Shown here: piece by piece, positions 52,002 through 61,623 of the stretch | Numbering within the stretch: position 1 is the stretch's first letter | Layout: the number at the start of each line of letters is the position of its first letter | Assembly: GCA_946055075.1 (NCBI GenBank) | Contig: CAMGEN010000002.1 | Span: 1,174 to 65,173 of the forward strand | Reading direction: 5' to 3' | DNA from: an uncultured Verrucomicrobiota bacterium | GTDB taxonomy: Bacteria; Verrucomicrobiota; Kiritimatiellia; RFP12; UBA1067 | DNA: 64,000 nt | The notes under the pieces: generated by a model | Seen by the model: the letters and a program-made list of their open reading frames with translations, nothing else | Told to the model about the DNA's origin: nothing | Databases searched by the model: none | Position numbers and translations under genes: made by a program

Positions 52002-53630
52002 CTAACGACGGACGAAATGAGGAATACGGTCAAGTGGGGTGGAGACCACGATTTCACGCGGACCATCAAAGACCTTGCCGTCATCTCCGATCCACCAACC
52101 TTCGGGAATGACCACCTTGCGCTCCTTCGCGCCCTTCTCGACTTGTGGCGCGACGATAAGAAAATCGCCCATGACGAACTGATCCTTGATAAGCTCGTAA
52201 CCATGGCCGGGGAACTGGTATTCCATCGATCTGAGCATCGGCTCGCCGGAAACGGCGCATTCTCGGGCGAGTTCGACGAAACGCGGTGCAAACTTCTGAC
52301 GGATCGCCACCGCCTTCTTGACCGCGGCAAAATGCTCGGCGTCCAACACCCGCCAAGGCGCAGCGGAGAACTGCATCATCGGACAGAGCGCGTGAACCTG
52401 TGCAGACCGGACAAAGCACTCCTGATCAAGCTCGGAATTAAGATACGCCCCGAGATCACCTCCGCCTATCATATCAGGACACACGAAGTTATTGCCCATA
52501 AGCCCAGTGTTGATCATATCGGGAATCAGCTGCTGCACCGCTCCGAAATCACAGCCCTTGTCGCAGAGGCGCTGAACTAGCGGCTGCCCTCCGCACTTCC
52601 AGGAGGCGCGCATCTCGTTGAACTGATACTGCGCGGCGAAAAGCGACCAATTGCGGTTGTGACGATTAAGATCGCCCTCTTGCTCATAGCCGACGAACTT
52701 GAGACGCTGATCGGCGGTATCGTAATAACCGGTATCGCCCGCATCGAACTTGAAGCCGTCGATTCCGTAGTCTTTCACGAGCTTGTCCAGCTCGCCCTTA
52801 TACCACTCCTTCGCATACGGCACATCAAAATTCAGAACGGCGCTCACGCCGTCCCACCAGGTGATAGCCGCGGGGCGCCCCCACCCGTCCTTCAAGAGCG
52901 CGCCCTTCTCGGAGAGATGGCGGTACTCTGCGGAATCCATCGAAACAAAGGGACAGGTCCAGAGAATGATGCGAAATCCGAGCCGGTGGAGCTCGTCGCA
53001 CATCGCCTTGGGATCGGGGAACGCGGAGTTGTCAAAACGCCAGACGCCGTAATCGCGCTGCCAGGTATCGTCGATCATCATCACACCGGCGGGGAAACCG
53101 CTGTCAACGATCTTGTGCGCGTATTCAAGCACCGCCTTCTGGTTCTGCTTAAGCCCGAGTTCAATCCAGGTGTTCCACTGCGGAGCGGCAACAAAGAGAA
53201 GGTCAGGAGTCTTTCCAGACGTCGGCAGAAAGTTCTTGGATACGAACTTGAACGCTTCGCGGAGCGTCGTTCCCGCCTTGCCGATCTTGAATTCCTTTTC
53301 GTTGGACGTAAGCGTCACCTTGCCATTTTCAATCTTGAAGTCAAATCCCTCATCGCACCAGACATAGCGCCCGCGATTGGAAATCAGCACTGGCGCGGTG
53401 TGATTGCCGTAGTTATGGCGACGAAGATCGTAATCGCACGACTGGGTCGCCAGACCGAACGGAACCTTCCGTCCGAAAGTAGCGGCCGCGCCGTAAAGCC
53501 CTTCGCCATCATCAAGCCGAAACTCGACAATCTTCTGCGGACGATCAGGGATCTCAATTCCGGCAGGCGTCTTCGCCGCGAATACGGCTACGGATAAAAA
53601 TGCGGTGAATGCCAGAACGATACTCTTCAT
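52002..53630 (-). CDS. GH31-like glycoside hydrolase, secreted
   Basis: Signal peptide. MMIDDTWQRDYGVWRFDNSAFPDP...LWTCPF and GIDGFKFDAGD (compare the YicI-type ...FKTDFGE). Confidence 0.7.
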   Translation of the reverse strand: MKSIVLAFTAFLSVAVFAAKTPAGIEIPDRPQKIVEFRLDDGEGLYGAAATFGRKVPFGLATQSCDYDLRRHNYGNHTAPVLISNRGRYVWCDEGFDFKIENGKVTLTSNEKEFKIGKAGTTLREAFKFVSKNFLPTSGKTPDLLFVAAPQWNTWIELGLKQNQKAVLEYAHKIVDSGFPAGVMMIDDTWQRDYGVWRFDNSAFPDPKAMCDELHRLGFRIILWTCPFVSMDSAEYRHLSEKGALLKDGWGRPAAITWWDGVSAVLNFDVPYAKEWYKGELDKLVKDYGIDGFKFDAGDTGYYDTADQRLKFVGYEQEGDLNRHNRNWSLFAAQYQFNEMRASWKCGGQPLVQRLCDKGCDFGAVQQLIPDMINTGLMGNNFVCPDMIGGGDLGAYLNSELDQECFVRSAQVHALCPMMQFSAAPWRVLDAEHFAAVKKAVAIRQKFAPRFVELARECAVSGEPMLRSMEYQFPGHGYELIKDQFVMGDFLIVAPQVEKGAKERKVVIPEGWWIGDDGKVFDGPREIVVSTPLDRIPHFVRR

Positions 53631-53664
53631 TGGGGATTTCCTTTCGTGAAATGCGCCAAAAACT

Positions 53665-53757
53665 TGGCGGAGGGAGGGGGATTCGAACCCCCGATACGGG
53701 TTTACCCCGTATGACGATTTAGCAAACCGTTGCCTTCAGCCACTCGGCCATCCCTCC
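53665..53757 (-). tRNA. tRNA-Ser (anticodon GCU), 93 nt with encoded CCA
   Basis: Hand-folded: acceptor GGAGGGA/TCCCTCC, anticodon stem ACGGT/ATCGT with loop TTGCTAA, long variable arm, T arm GGGGG-TTCGAAT-CCCCC, GCCA end. Confidence 0.93.
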
Positions 53758-53778
53758 AAATCGTACAAAACGGCGAGT

Positions 53779-53787
53779 ATTATATCA
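53779..53787 (-). promoter_or_regulatory. Extended -10 promoter TGATATAAT for tRNA-Ser, overlapping the nagA stop codon
   Basis: The TGA of nagA (53785-53787) is the TG(A) of TGATATAAT. 21 nt to the tRNA 5' end. Confidence 0.6.
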
Positions 53788-54951
53788 TATCCGCTGGACA
53801 CCGTCAACGAAGACCGCCGCGGGCTTCCAAGTCTTCTTGTCAATGACGACAAGATCGGCAACGAAGCCCTTTTCTACCTTACCGAGCTCACGACCCCAGC
53901 CGAATTCGAGCGCCTGGTTCCAAGAGGTAGTACGAACAAGGTCCTTCAACGGAATACCGGTGACTTCATGAACATTCTTCAAGCCCATGCCCATCCAAAG
54001 CGTCGAACCCGCGAGATTGCCAGCCTCTACAAGACGCGCCTCGCCGTTCTTGAGCGCGACCTTCAGCCCTCCCATCTCGAACTCGTACCCATCGGGGCAA
54101 TGCGAACAACGAAGCGAATCGGTGATCATCTGGATGTGCTCGAGACTGCGACGCGCGAAGATCAGCTTTAACATGTCCGGACAAAGATGAATCTTGTCAC
54201 AGATCACTTCGGTATTGAGGTCTTCAATCAGGAAACCTGCGCCAACCATGCCAATCTCGCGATGATGAAGCGGAGTCATCTGATTGCAGAAATGCGTAAT
54301 ATGACGGAGCCCGTTCTCATACGCCGGCATAAAGTCAGCAAGCTTCGCTCCAGTGTGTCCACAACTGGGAACGATCCCAAGTTTGATCATCTCCTTGGCG
54401 AATCTCGCGCCGTCCTTCGCTTCAACGGCATAGGAGATTTCCTTGACCGGATAGATTTTCGCGATGCCCTTCACCTCGGCGACGGACGGATTGCGGACGA
54501 ATTTAGGATTCTGCGCGCCACAGCACTTGACGTTGATGAATGGACCTTCCAAATGGATTGCCGGGACCTTGGCGTAAGGCATTCCAGCGTCGGCGTATCT
54601 TCTGGCATTCTTCGCCGCCGTCTTGAGCTCCGCATTGGAAACGGTAAGCGTCGTCGGCAGCATGGTCGTAACCCCCTCCTCCAGCTTCGCCTTCGCAAAT
54701 TCGAAAACAGCCTTCGGATCCGCGTCGCAGAAATCGTAGCCGAGCGCACCGTGGGTATGAACATCGATGAAGCCAGGCATCACATACTTTCCGCGCACGT
54801 CAACCACGGTGCAGTTCCTGTCCGGCTTCGCAGACTTCGGACCATTGGCGACAACCCCTTTGATCTTCCTGCCTTCGATGACAATGGTTGCGTTCCGGAG
54901 ATCGACGCCGGGGGAAATCACGTGCGCGTTGATGATGACGGTCTTCTGCAT
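53785..54951 (-). CDS. nagA: N-acetylglucosamine-6-phosphate deacetylase
   Basis: PGFIDVHTHGALGYDF, HLEGPF, HFCNQM pattern. Confidence 0.9.
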   Translation of the reverse strand: MQKTVIINAHVISPGVDLRNATIVIEGRKIKGVVANGPKSAKPDRNCTVVDVRGKYVMPGFIDVHTHGALGYDFCDADPKAVFEFAKAKLEEGVTTMLPTTLTVSNAELKTAAKNARRYADAGMPYAKVPAIHLEGPFINVKCCGAQNPKFVRNPSVAEVKGIAKIYPVKEISYAVEAKDGARFAKEMIKLGIVPSCGHTGAKLADFMPAYENGLRHITHFCNQMTPLHHREIGMVGAGFLIEDLNTEVICDKIHLCPDMLKLIFARRSLEHIQMITDSLRCSHCPDGYEFEMGGLKVALKNGEARLVEAGNLAGSTLWMGMGLKNVHEVTGIPLKDLVRTTSWNQALEFGWGRELGKVEKGFVADLVVIDKKTWKPAAVFVDGVQRI

Positions 54952-54969
54952 GACGAATACTCCTTGTAC

Positions 54970-57453
54970 TTAATATGTCTCTCGCAGATGCTTGAGCGAG
55001 AACGCCTTGCGAAACGCATCAGGAGTAACTCCTTCGCACTTAGGCGTGAACTTCAGCGTAACGGGACGTCCCGGAAGGACGGTCACGCAATTGTCGTCAA
55101 ATTCGCCGCGGATGCCGTCCACGTTCGCCCAGCAGAAGAACGCGGGATTATCGGCATTAAGCGTAACTTCAAAGCCATTGAACACAACCTCAACCTTCGC
55201 CTTCGGGAACACATATTCCTTGTAACGATCGAAGAACGTGTCATAGATCTGGCCGTCAACCTCAAGTCGCAGGAAAGCGCCCTTTTTCGCGGCAAGCGAT
55301 CCAACTTTGACCGACGTCCTGGAAGGCGCTTCCGCATCAAAAACACCGCGCCCCAAAGAGTTTCCGTTGGCGTCAAAATACTCCCACTTGAGGTCGCCCT
55401 TGAAGGTCTCATCCTTGTCGTTCACGACGAAGACGCCGCCGTCAGGGGAGCGCACCGCGATGACTGGCGCGAAAAAGCGCTTCGCGGCGTACTGGAGCAT
55501 CTTCCACTTGCCGCCGTATTCGATCGAACTCCACGAGGCGACAGGCCAGTTGTCGTTGAGCTGCCAGAAAAGCGTACCCATGCAGTGCGGGGTCTCGCTA
55601 CGCCAGGCACGGACGCCCATTTCGATCGCGAGTGCCTGCTGGAGCTGCGAAAGATAGAGGATGTTTTCGGTGCCTTCGCCGAAACGGAAGTAACGTGAAA
55701 TCGTCTCGAGAATGCGGCGGTTGCCTCCGGCATTCTTCTGATGCCATTCGAAGTCCGGCGAGGTCGGATTGAGATCCTCGGGCCTGACGAACGTGAGCGC
55801 GACCTCCTTTGATGAGAACGACTGGAAGCCAAACTCGCTACAGAAGCGCGGATGGAAGTTGAAGTACCACTCGAAATCCTGTCCCTCATGCCAGACATCC
55901 CAGTTGTGCATGTCGCCGCGCGAATCCTCCTTCCACGCGTCGCCGAAGTCGTCGGGACCGCAACAAGGCGAAGTCGGCCAAAAGGTCCGCGCGGGATCGT
56001 ACTGCTTCACCAACTTTTCCGTAAGCTTAACGCGCTTGAGCCAGGTGCCGCGATAGAAATCGGGATTCTGCTTCGAGACCTGGAACCACTTGAGCGCGCC
56101 GAGGCACTCGTTATCGCCGCACCACATCGCGATGGATGCGTAATCCCGGAGGCGCTTGAGCTGATGGATGATCTCGGGCTCGATCTGACCGAGGAAGTAC
56201 TCGTCACCGGGATAGATCGCGCAGGAGAACATGAAGTCGTGCCAGATGAGGAGACCGAGTTCGTCGCAGATCTCGTAGAACTCCTTCTTCTCGTACTGTC
56301 CGCCGCCCCAGAGGCGGATCATGTTCATATTCGCGGCCTTGGCGCTTTCGAGGAGATCGCGGTACTTCGACGCGGTAATGCGGTTCTCGTAGGCGTCGCA
56401 GGGAATCCAGTCGGCGCCCTTCGCGAAGATGCGGCGTCCGTTCACCGCGAACGTCATCGAGAGCTCCTCCTTACCATTCTTGCCAATCGTCTTCTCGTTG
56501 ATCACCTCGACCTTGCGGAGCCCGATCTTCTTCTTGATCTTCTGTCCCGCGAACGTCACCTGGAGATCATAAAGGTTCTGCTCGCCCTGTCCGGCAGGCC
56601 ACCAGAGTTCGGGGTTCTTCACGGTGAAGGAGACCGAGGACTTGTTCTCGAAGGAAATCCGTCTGACGGCGGTATCCATATAGCCAACGCGACCGTCGGT
56701 ACGACCAAAGGAGAACTGAGCCTCGCCGGCGCCGAGGGTCTCGGCGGTGACCGTGACCTCGACGGACGAATAGTCGTCCGCGAACTTCTGGTCGACATAG
56801 ACGTAATCGAGACGCGCGGGAGCGGCGATGAGCTTCACATCGCCGCAGAAGCCGACGATCATCTGGCAGAGACCCCAGTCCCAGCCGCCGTGACACTGCG
56901 GCTTGCGGATAAGGCACATGTCCTTGACGAAGCAATTGGCGATGCAGTACTGTTCCTTATACTTCGAGACCTCCTTCTTCGAGCGGTTCTCGGGAGCTTC
57001 GAAGACGCCGCGGACGATGTTCTTGCCGACCTTGAGGAACTTCTTCACATCGAAATGATAGCGGATGAAGCGGTTGGCGGTTTCGCCGACCTTCTGTCCG
57101 TTGATATAGATCGTGCAGAACGTATCGCAGTCCTCGAGACGCAACCAGACGAACGGCTCCTTGAGGAAGTCGGCGGAAACGTCGAACTCACGCTCGATGA
57201 TCCAGTCCGTCTCGCCGACCCAGCGAGCCTTGATCTCGTTGCGTCCGAAATACGAATCCTCGAGCTTGCCAGCCTTCACGAGCGCGGAATGGACGCCACC
57301 GGGAACCGTGATCGGGCAGGCGTATGCAGCGTCTTGCGCCTTAGAGAGCTTCCACTCTCCCGCGAGATTGAGTTCACCTCCAGCGAACAGTGCGGAGTGC
57401 AGGGTGCAGAGTGCAGTGACAACTGCAAGTTTGATGTTCATATTTGACCTCAT
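54970..57453 (-). CDS. GH2 beta-mannosidase, secreted
   Basis: NMIRLWGGGQYEKKEFYEICDELGLLIWHDFMFSCAIYP and FCSEFGFQS. Confidence 0.88.
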   Translation of the reverse strand: MRSNMNIKLAVVTALCTLHSALFAGGELNLAGEWKLSKAQDAAYACPITVPGGVHSALVKAGKLEDSYFGRNEIKARWVGETDWIIEREFDVSADFLKEPFVWLRLEDCDTFCTIYINGQKVGETANRFIRYHFDVKKFLKVGKNIVRGVFEAPENRSKKEVSKYKEQYCIANCFVKDMCLIRKPQCHGGWDWGLCQMIVGFCGDVKLIAAPARLDYVYVDQKFADDYSSVEVTVTAETLGAGEAQFSFGRTDGRVGYMDTAVRRISFENKSSVSFTVKNPELWWPAGQGEQNLYDLQVTFAGQKIKKKIGLRKVEVINEKTIGKNGKEELSMTFAVNGRRIFAKGADWIPCDAYENRITASKYRDLLESAKAANMNMIRLWGGGQYEKKEFYEICDELGLLIWHDFMFSCAIYPGDEYFLGQIEPEIIHQLKRLRDYASIAMWCGDNECLGALKWFQVSKQNPDFYRGTWLKRVKLTEKLVKQYDPARTFWPTSPCCGPDDFGDAWKEDSRGDMHNWDVWHEGQDFEWYFNFHPRFCSEFGFQSFSSKEVALTFVRPEDLNPTSPDFEWHQKNAGGNRRILETISRYFRFGEGTENILYLSQLQQALAIEMGVRAWRSETPHCMGTLFWQLNDNWPVASWSSIEYGGKWKMLQYAAKRFFAPVIAVRSPDGGVFVVNDKDETFKGDLKWEYFDANGNSLGRGVFDAEAPSRTSVKVGSLAAKKGAFLRLEVDGQIYDTFFDRYKEYVFPKAKVEVVFNGFEVTLNADNPAFFCWANVDGIRGEFDDNCVTVLPGRPVTLKFTPKCEGVTPDAFRKAFSLKHLRETY

Positions 57454-58232
57454 TTCGTTTCGGAAAGCGGTTCGGGATCGTTCTTGCGGAGCAGGAGCGA
57501 AGGATTGTTCTTCAAGGTCTCGGCGAGTTCATCGACGGAGTCGGATGCCTCCTGGATGTTACGGACGATTATCGACATACCGACCTTTTCGGTACGGATG
57601 AATTCACTAACCTCTTTCGTCACCTGGGCCGAGGATTCCGCAACAGCAGAGATATTGCTCCAGACGGACTTGAAATCAGTTTTGTTGAACTGGTGCAGCG
57701 CATTCGCCAACGACGAGGAGAGATTCTCCATCAGCGACGGTTGCGGAGGGATCTGATAATAACGCGGCTTCCAAGCCAGTTTCGCCGGAGGGACAGGATC
57801 ATCGGGGATGTTGAACTCGATACGCGACATTCCGGTAACCGCATTCGAGGCGATAGTCGCCCGGAGGCCAGCCACGCTGTAACGTCCGGATATCCGCCGC
57901 ATGTTCTCGGTTGAATCGACGTCAAGCTTGCGGCAGTCAAGAGCCATAACTATGATGATGCGTTGATAATCTTCGGGCGTAATCTCGTCTTCATCATAGA
58001 TTGCACTGGCGAAGCTGATCTCACGGACCTCTCCGATCTTGACGCCTCGGAAATTAACGGCACTGCCGACAGAAAGCCCGCTCACCGGATAGTCATAGTA
58101 GGTCTCGATAAGAAATTCGTTCGCCTTGTCGCCAATACCGGCTATGTAGATAAGGGCAATCGCGATTGCAATCGCACCGATGAATACGGTGAATCCAACG
58201 CGTCCGAAATTGGCGTGGTTATCTTTGGCCAT
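57450..58232 (-). CDS. MlaD-like MCE-domain protein
   Basis: N-terminal TM plus MCE core GLSVGSAVNFRGVKIGEV. Confidence 0.8.
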   Translation of the reverse strand: MAKDNHANFGRVGFTVFIGAIAIAIALIYIAGIGDKANEFLIETYYDYPVSGLSVGSAVNFRGVKIGEVREISFASAIYDEDEITPEDYQRIIIVMALDCRKLDVDSTENMRRISGRYSVAGLRATIASNAVTGMSRIEFNIPDDPVPPAKLAWKPRYYQIPPQPSLMENLSSSLANALHQFNKTDFKSVWSNISAVAESSAQVTKEVSEFIRTEKVGMSIIVRNIQEASDSVDELAETLKNNPSLLLRKNDPEPLSETK

Positions 58233-58978
58233 TATTCCTCTCCTCTCCTGAAAAACCTGCGTACAAACGGATCCTCGCTCTTTTCCATGAGTTCCCGCGG
58301 ATCTCCGATGGCGATCATCGCCTTCCGCGCCTTATCAAACATCGCGGCTCTGTCTGCGATTTTGAAGATGCTCGGCAACTCATGGGTGACAACCACGAAA
58401 GTCATCTGCCTTTCGCGCTTAAACTTCAAGATCAGATCATCGAGCGCCGAAGACGTGATCGGATCGAGACCGGCAGACGGCTCATCAAGGAAAACGACGG
58501 CTGGATCAAGCGCCATTGCGCGCGCGATTGCGACGCGTTTCTTCATGCCGCCAGAAATTTCATTCGGCATCTTGTCCGCAGCGTCGGCAAGCTCCACGTC
58601 ATCAAGCAGGGACATCGCCTTGGCGATACGATCGCGGCGCTTCATCTTGGTAAATTCATCAAGCGGAAGCATCACGTTCTCAAGACATGTCATCGATCCA
58701 AAGAGCGCCCCGGACTGGTACATCACGCCGATCTTACGATAAAGCTCATCACGAGTCTTCATCGACCATTCCAATCCGCACACAGTCAGCCGGCCTCCGA
58801 GTACGGGATTGAGACCGATCATATGCTTCATGATAGTGGACTTGCCACATCCTGAGCCTCCTAGCAAAATGAAGATCTCTCCTTTTTTCACGGAAAAGGA
58901 GACATCATCAAGAATCACCGCGTCGGGATAACCGGCGGTAACGTGCTCCACTTCTATGATGTTCTCGCTCACCTTCAA
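58232..58978 (-). CDS. MlaF-like ABC transporter ATPase
   Basis: GGSGCGKST, ISGGMKKRVAIARA, VVFLDEPSAGLD. Confidence 0.88.
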   Translation of the reverse strand: MKVSENIIEVEHVTAGYPDAVILDDVSFSVKKGEIFILLGGSGCGKSTIMKHMIGLNPVLGGRLTVCGLEWSMKTRDELYRKIGVMYQSGALFGSMTCLENVMLPLDEFTKMKRRDRIAKAMSLLDDVELADAADKMPNEISGGMKKRVAIARAMALDPAVVFLDEPSAGLDPITSSALDDLILKFKRERQMTFVVVTHELPSIFKIADRAAMFDKARKAMIAIGDPRELMEKSEDPFVRRFFRRGEE

Positions 58979-59791
58979 CTATCTCGCCCCGATCTGCATT
59001 CCGATGTCCCATGCATAGGTTATCACCGCCAGAAGCCCGTCCGTAACGGCAATAGCGATAATGCCTCCGACCACTGCGCTGGTCGCCGCAACACCGACGC
59101 CATCAGACGTCGACCGCGTCCGCATGCCGCACGAACATCCGATCAGCGACACGAGAAATCCGAAAAGAGCCCCCTTTGCGAGACCGAAAAGAATCGCAAA
59201 AGCAGTCGTAGAGGATACAACATGACGCCAATACACCTGGTTCGGGACATTCATGATCTCCAGTACGATTGCGCCGCCGATGAGACCGGCTAGTTCTGCA
59301 AAGATGGTGAGTATCGGCATCGCGCACACGGCGGCAACGACACGCGGCAGCACAAGGAACCGGACCGGCGGAAGTCCCATCGTGGTCAACGCATCAAGCT
59401 CCTCATTCACCTTCATCGTGCCGATTTCAGCGGCGAAAGCGCTACCCGAGCGTCCGGCGAGAATGATCGCGGTGATTATAGGACCGAGCTCCTGAAACAT
59501 CGTGATTGCCAGGAGATCCGCCACGAACACCTCCACTCCGAACATCTTGAGTGCGGCGGCGGACTGAAAAGCAAGGATGACCCCCAGCAGAAACCCGATG
59601 CCGATGGAGATCGGGATGCCACCATAGGCGGCACGTTCGAACGCCAATAACGCATCCCCAATACGAAACCGCCGCGGATGAAACGGCAAGACAAGCGCCT
59701 CGACCACCGTCTCGCCCAAGAAAACCATCGACGCCCAGAAGGACGCAAGGCGTTCGGAAGTCGCGCGACCGATCGCTTCGAACGGACCCAT
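58979..59791 (-). CDS. MlaE-like ABC transporter permease
   Basis: Polytopic, with the MlaE-type EIGTMKVNEELDAL motif. Confidence 0.85.
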   Translation of the reverse strand: MGPFEAIGRATSERLASFWASMVFLGETVVEALVLPFHPRRFRIGDALLAFERAAYGGIPISIGIGFLLGVILAFQSAAALKMFGVEVFVADLLAITMFQELGPIITAIILAGRSGSAFAAEIGTMKVNEELDALTTMGLPPVRFLVLPRVVAAVCAMPILTIFAELAGLIGGAIVLEIMNVPNQVYWRHVVSSTTAFAILFGLAKGALFGFLVSLIGCSCGMRTRSTSDGVGVAATSAVVGGIIAIAVTDGLLAVITYAWDIGMQIGAR

Positions 59792-60252
59792 CAGCGCCGA
59801 TCCCTGGAGACGAGCTTTGACGCCGCCGCCGCGAATGCGGCGGAAAACGCCTTGGAATAATCGCCGTCAGCAGCCGATACCGACGCCTCTGATCGACCCA
59901 GAGAAGATCGCGACGTACGGAGCTGAAGTTCCACAAGCGCCTTCCGTTCGCCATCCTGACGGCAGTCCAGCGCTAGCCGGCGGACGACGAGTTCGGGTCC
60001 GTCAGGATCATTGAGCACCGCAGCCCGAACCAACGACACCGGGCGAGCAGAGAAGACGTTGAACGAATCAAACGCAATCGATCCGTCTGGACGCAACACC
60101 GCAAAGCGGGTACCGTCATACGGCGAGTTAACCGTCACGGACGAAACCGCCAGCGCGGTATCCGCATCGAGATTCCAGGCGACCGGAGGTTTCGGAGCCG
60201 ACGAAAAACATCCGGCGAAAAACACGAGCGAGACCAGCGGTGCGAACTTCAT
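59791..60252 (-). CDS. Lipoprotein, probable auxiliary component of the Mla-like transporter
   Basis: Lipobox VFFAGC. TGATG-type overlap with the permease gene. Confidence 0.5.
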   Translation of the reverse strand: MKFAPLVSLVFFAGCFSSAPKPPVAWNLDADTALAVSSVTVNSPYDGTRFAVLRPDGSIAFDSFNVFSARPVSLVRAAVLNDPDGPELVVRRLALDCRQDGERKALVELQLRTSRSSLGRSEASVSAADGDYSKAFSAAFAAAASKLVSRDRR

Positions 60253-60264
60253 TATGAATTCTCC

Positions 60265-61617
60265 TTATCGATCCGAAATCCGAACGTATGCCTTCGGATG
60301 GAAGATCGGCTTGTAGGCGGGACGGATGATCGGACCCGCGTTAACGAGCTCTTCCATACGGTGAGCGCACCACGAAACGCAACGCGCCACTGCGAACAAC
60401 GGCGTATAGAGATCCTTCGGAATCCCCAGCATGTCATAGACGAATCCGGAGTAGAGGTCAACGTTGGCGCAGACATCCTCAGCCCGAGGATGATGAGCCT
60501 TGATGATCGCCGGACCGTAATCCTCGATCATCTCGAAGAGCTTCATCTGCTCTTCACGACCCTTCTCCTTGGCCAGCACGCGAGCCTTTTCCTTGAGCAG
60601 CTGCGCACGCGGATCGGAGATGGTGTAGACGGCGTGACCGAGGCCGTAGATAAGCCCCGAACGATCCCCGGCCTTCTTGTCGGCGATGCGCTCAAGGTAC
60701 TTCTTCACGTTTTCCGGATTCGACCAGTCCTTCACGTTCCACATGATCTCCTCCATCTGCTTCATCACCCGCAGATTTGCACCGCCATGACGCGACCCCT
60801 TGAGCGAAAGGATTGAGGCCGCAACCGACGAATAGATATCGGAATGCGAGGAGGTGACGACATGCGTCGTGAAGGAGGAGTTGTTGCCGCCGCCGTGTTC
60901 GGCGTGAAGAATCAAAGCGAGATCCAGAGTCTCGGCCTCGAGACGCGAGTACTTGCCGTCCTCACGGGTCAGCAACAGAATGTTCTCGGCCGTAGACTTC
61001 TCGGGATCGGGATTACGGATCATCAGCGACTTGCCATCGTGATAATGCGCCTTGGCTTGATAGGCGTATGCGACGATCGTCGGAATGGAACCGATAAGAT
61101 CGACGGACTGCTCAAGGCACTTCTCGATCGATATCTCGTCGGGATTGCCGTCAGGATCGAACGCATACGCGAAGAGAACTGAACGCGCGAGCGCGTTCAT
61201 CAGGTCTTTCGGCGGATGCTTCATCACCGCGGTATCACGGAACGATTCCGAAAGCTTGCGATAGGAGCCGATCTTGTTCTTCCAGTCCGCAAGCTCCTTC
61301 ATAGTCGGCAGCTCTCCGAACAGCAGCAGATAAGCCGTCTCTTCGTAACCGAAACGATGCTCACGCTTGTCGGCCTTGACGATATCTTTGACGTTAATGC
61401 CGCGATAATAGAGCTCGCCTGGAATCGCTCGCTTCTCGCCTTCGTCCATGACGTAGCCATGGACGTTGCCGATGTTCGTGAGCCCGACCAGCACACCGGT
61501 ACCGTTATCGTTGCGAAGACCGCGCTTAACCCCGTATTTACGGTAGAGCGCGGGGTCGATATAGTCGACCTCGCGCACGGTCTGCGCCTTCTTCTTAAGC
61601 CACTTCTTCTCTAGCAT
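60265..61617 (-). CDS. Citrate synthase
   Basis: ILHAEHGGGNNS, GLGHAVYTISDPRA, and SGFVYDMLGIP pattern. Confidence 0.9.
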   Translation of the reverse strand: MLEKKWLKKKAQTVREVDYIDPALYRKYGVKRGLRNDNGTGVLVGLTNIGNVHGYVMDEGEKRAIPGELYYRGINVKDIVKADKREHRFGYEETAYLLLFGELPTMKELADWKNKIGSYRKLSESFRDTAVMKHPPKDLMNALARSVLFAYAFDPDGNPDEISIEKCLEQSVDLIGSIPTIVAYAYQAKAHYHDGKSLMIRNPDPEKSTAENILLLTREDGKYSRLEAETLDLALILHAEHGGGNNSSFTTHVVTSSHSDIYSSVAASILSLKGSRHGGANLRVMKQMEEIMWNVKDWSNPENVKKYLERIADKKAGDRSGLIYGLGHAVYTISDPRAQLLKEKARVLAKEKGREEQMKLFEMIEDYGPAIIKAHHPRAEDVCANVDLYSGFVYDMLGIPKDLYTPLFAVARCVSWCAHRMEELVNAGPIIRPAYKPIFHPKAYVRISDR

Positions 61618-61623
61618 TGGCGC

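Noticed and set aside
55187-55203. caacctcaacctt in the GH2 gene (KVEVV), resembling the TCAACC element
   Set aside because: It is only a 13-nt match without the element termini and is plausibly an ordinary beta-strand codon run. The ribBA linker 43461-43490 (gtcgacctcc...ttcctcgacctt) was likewise judged too weak.
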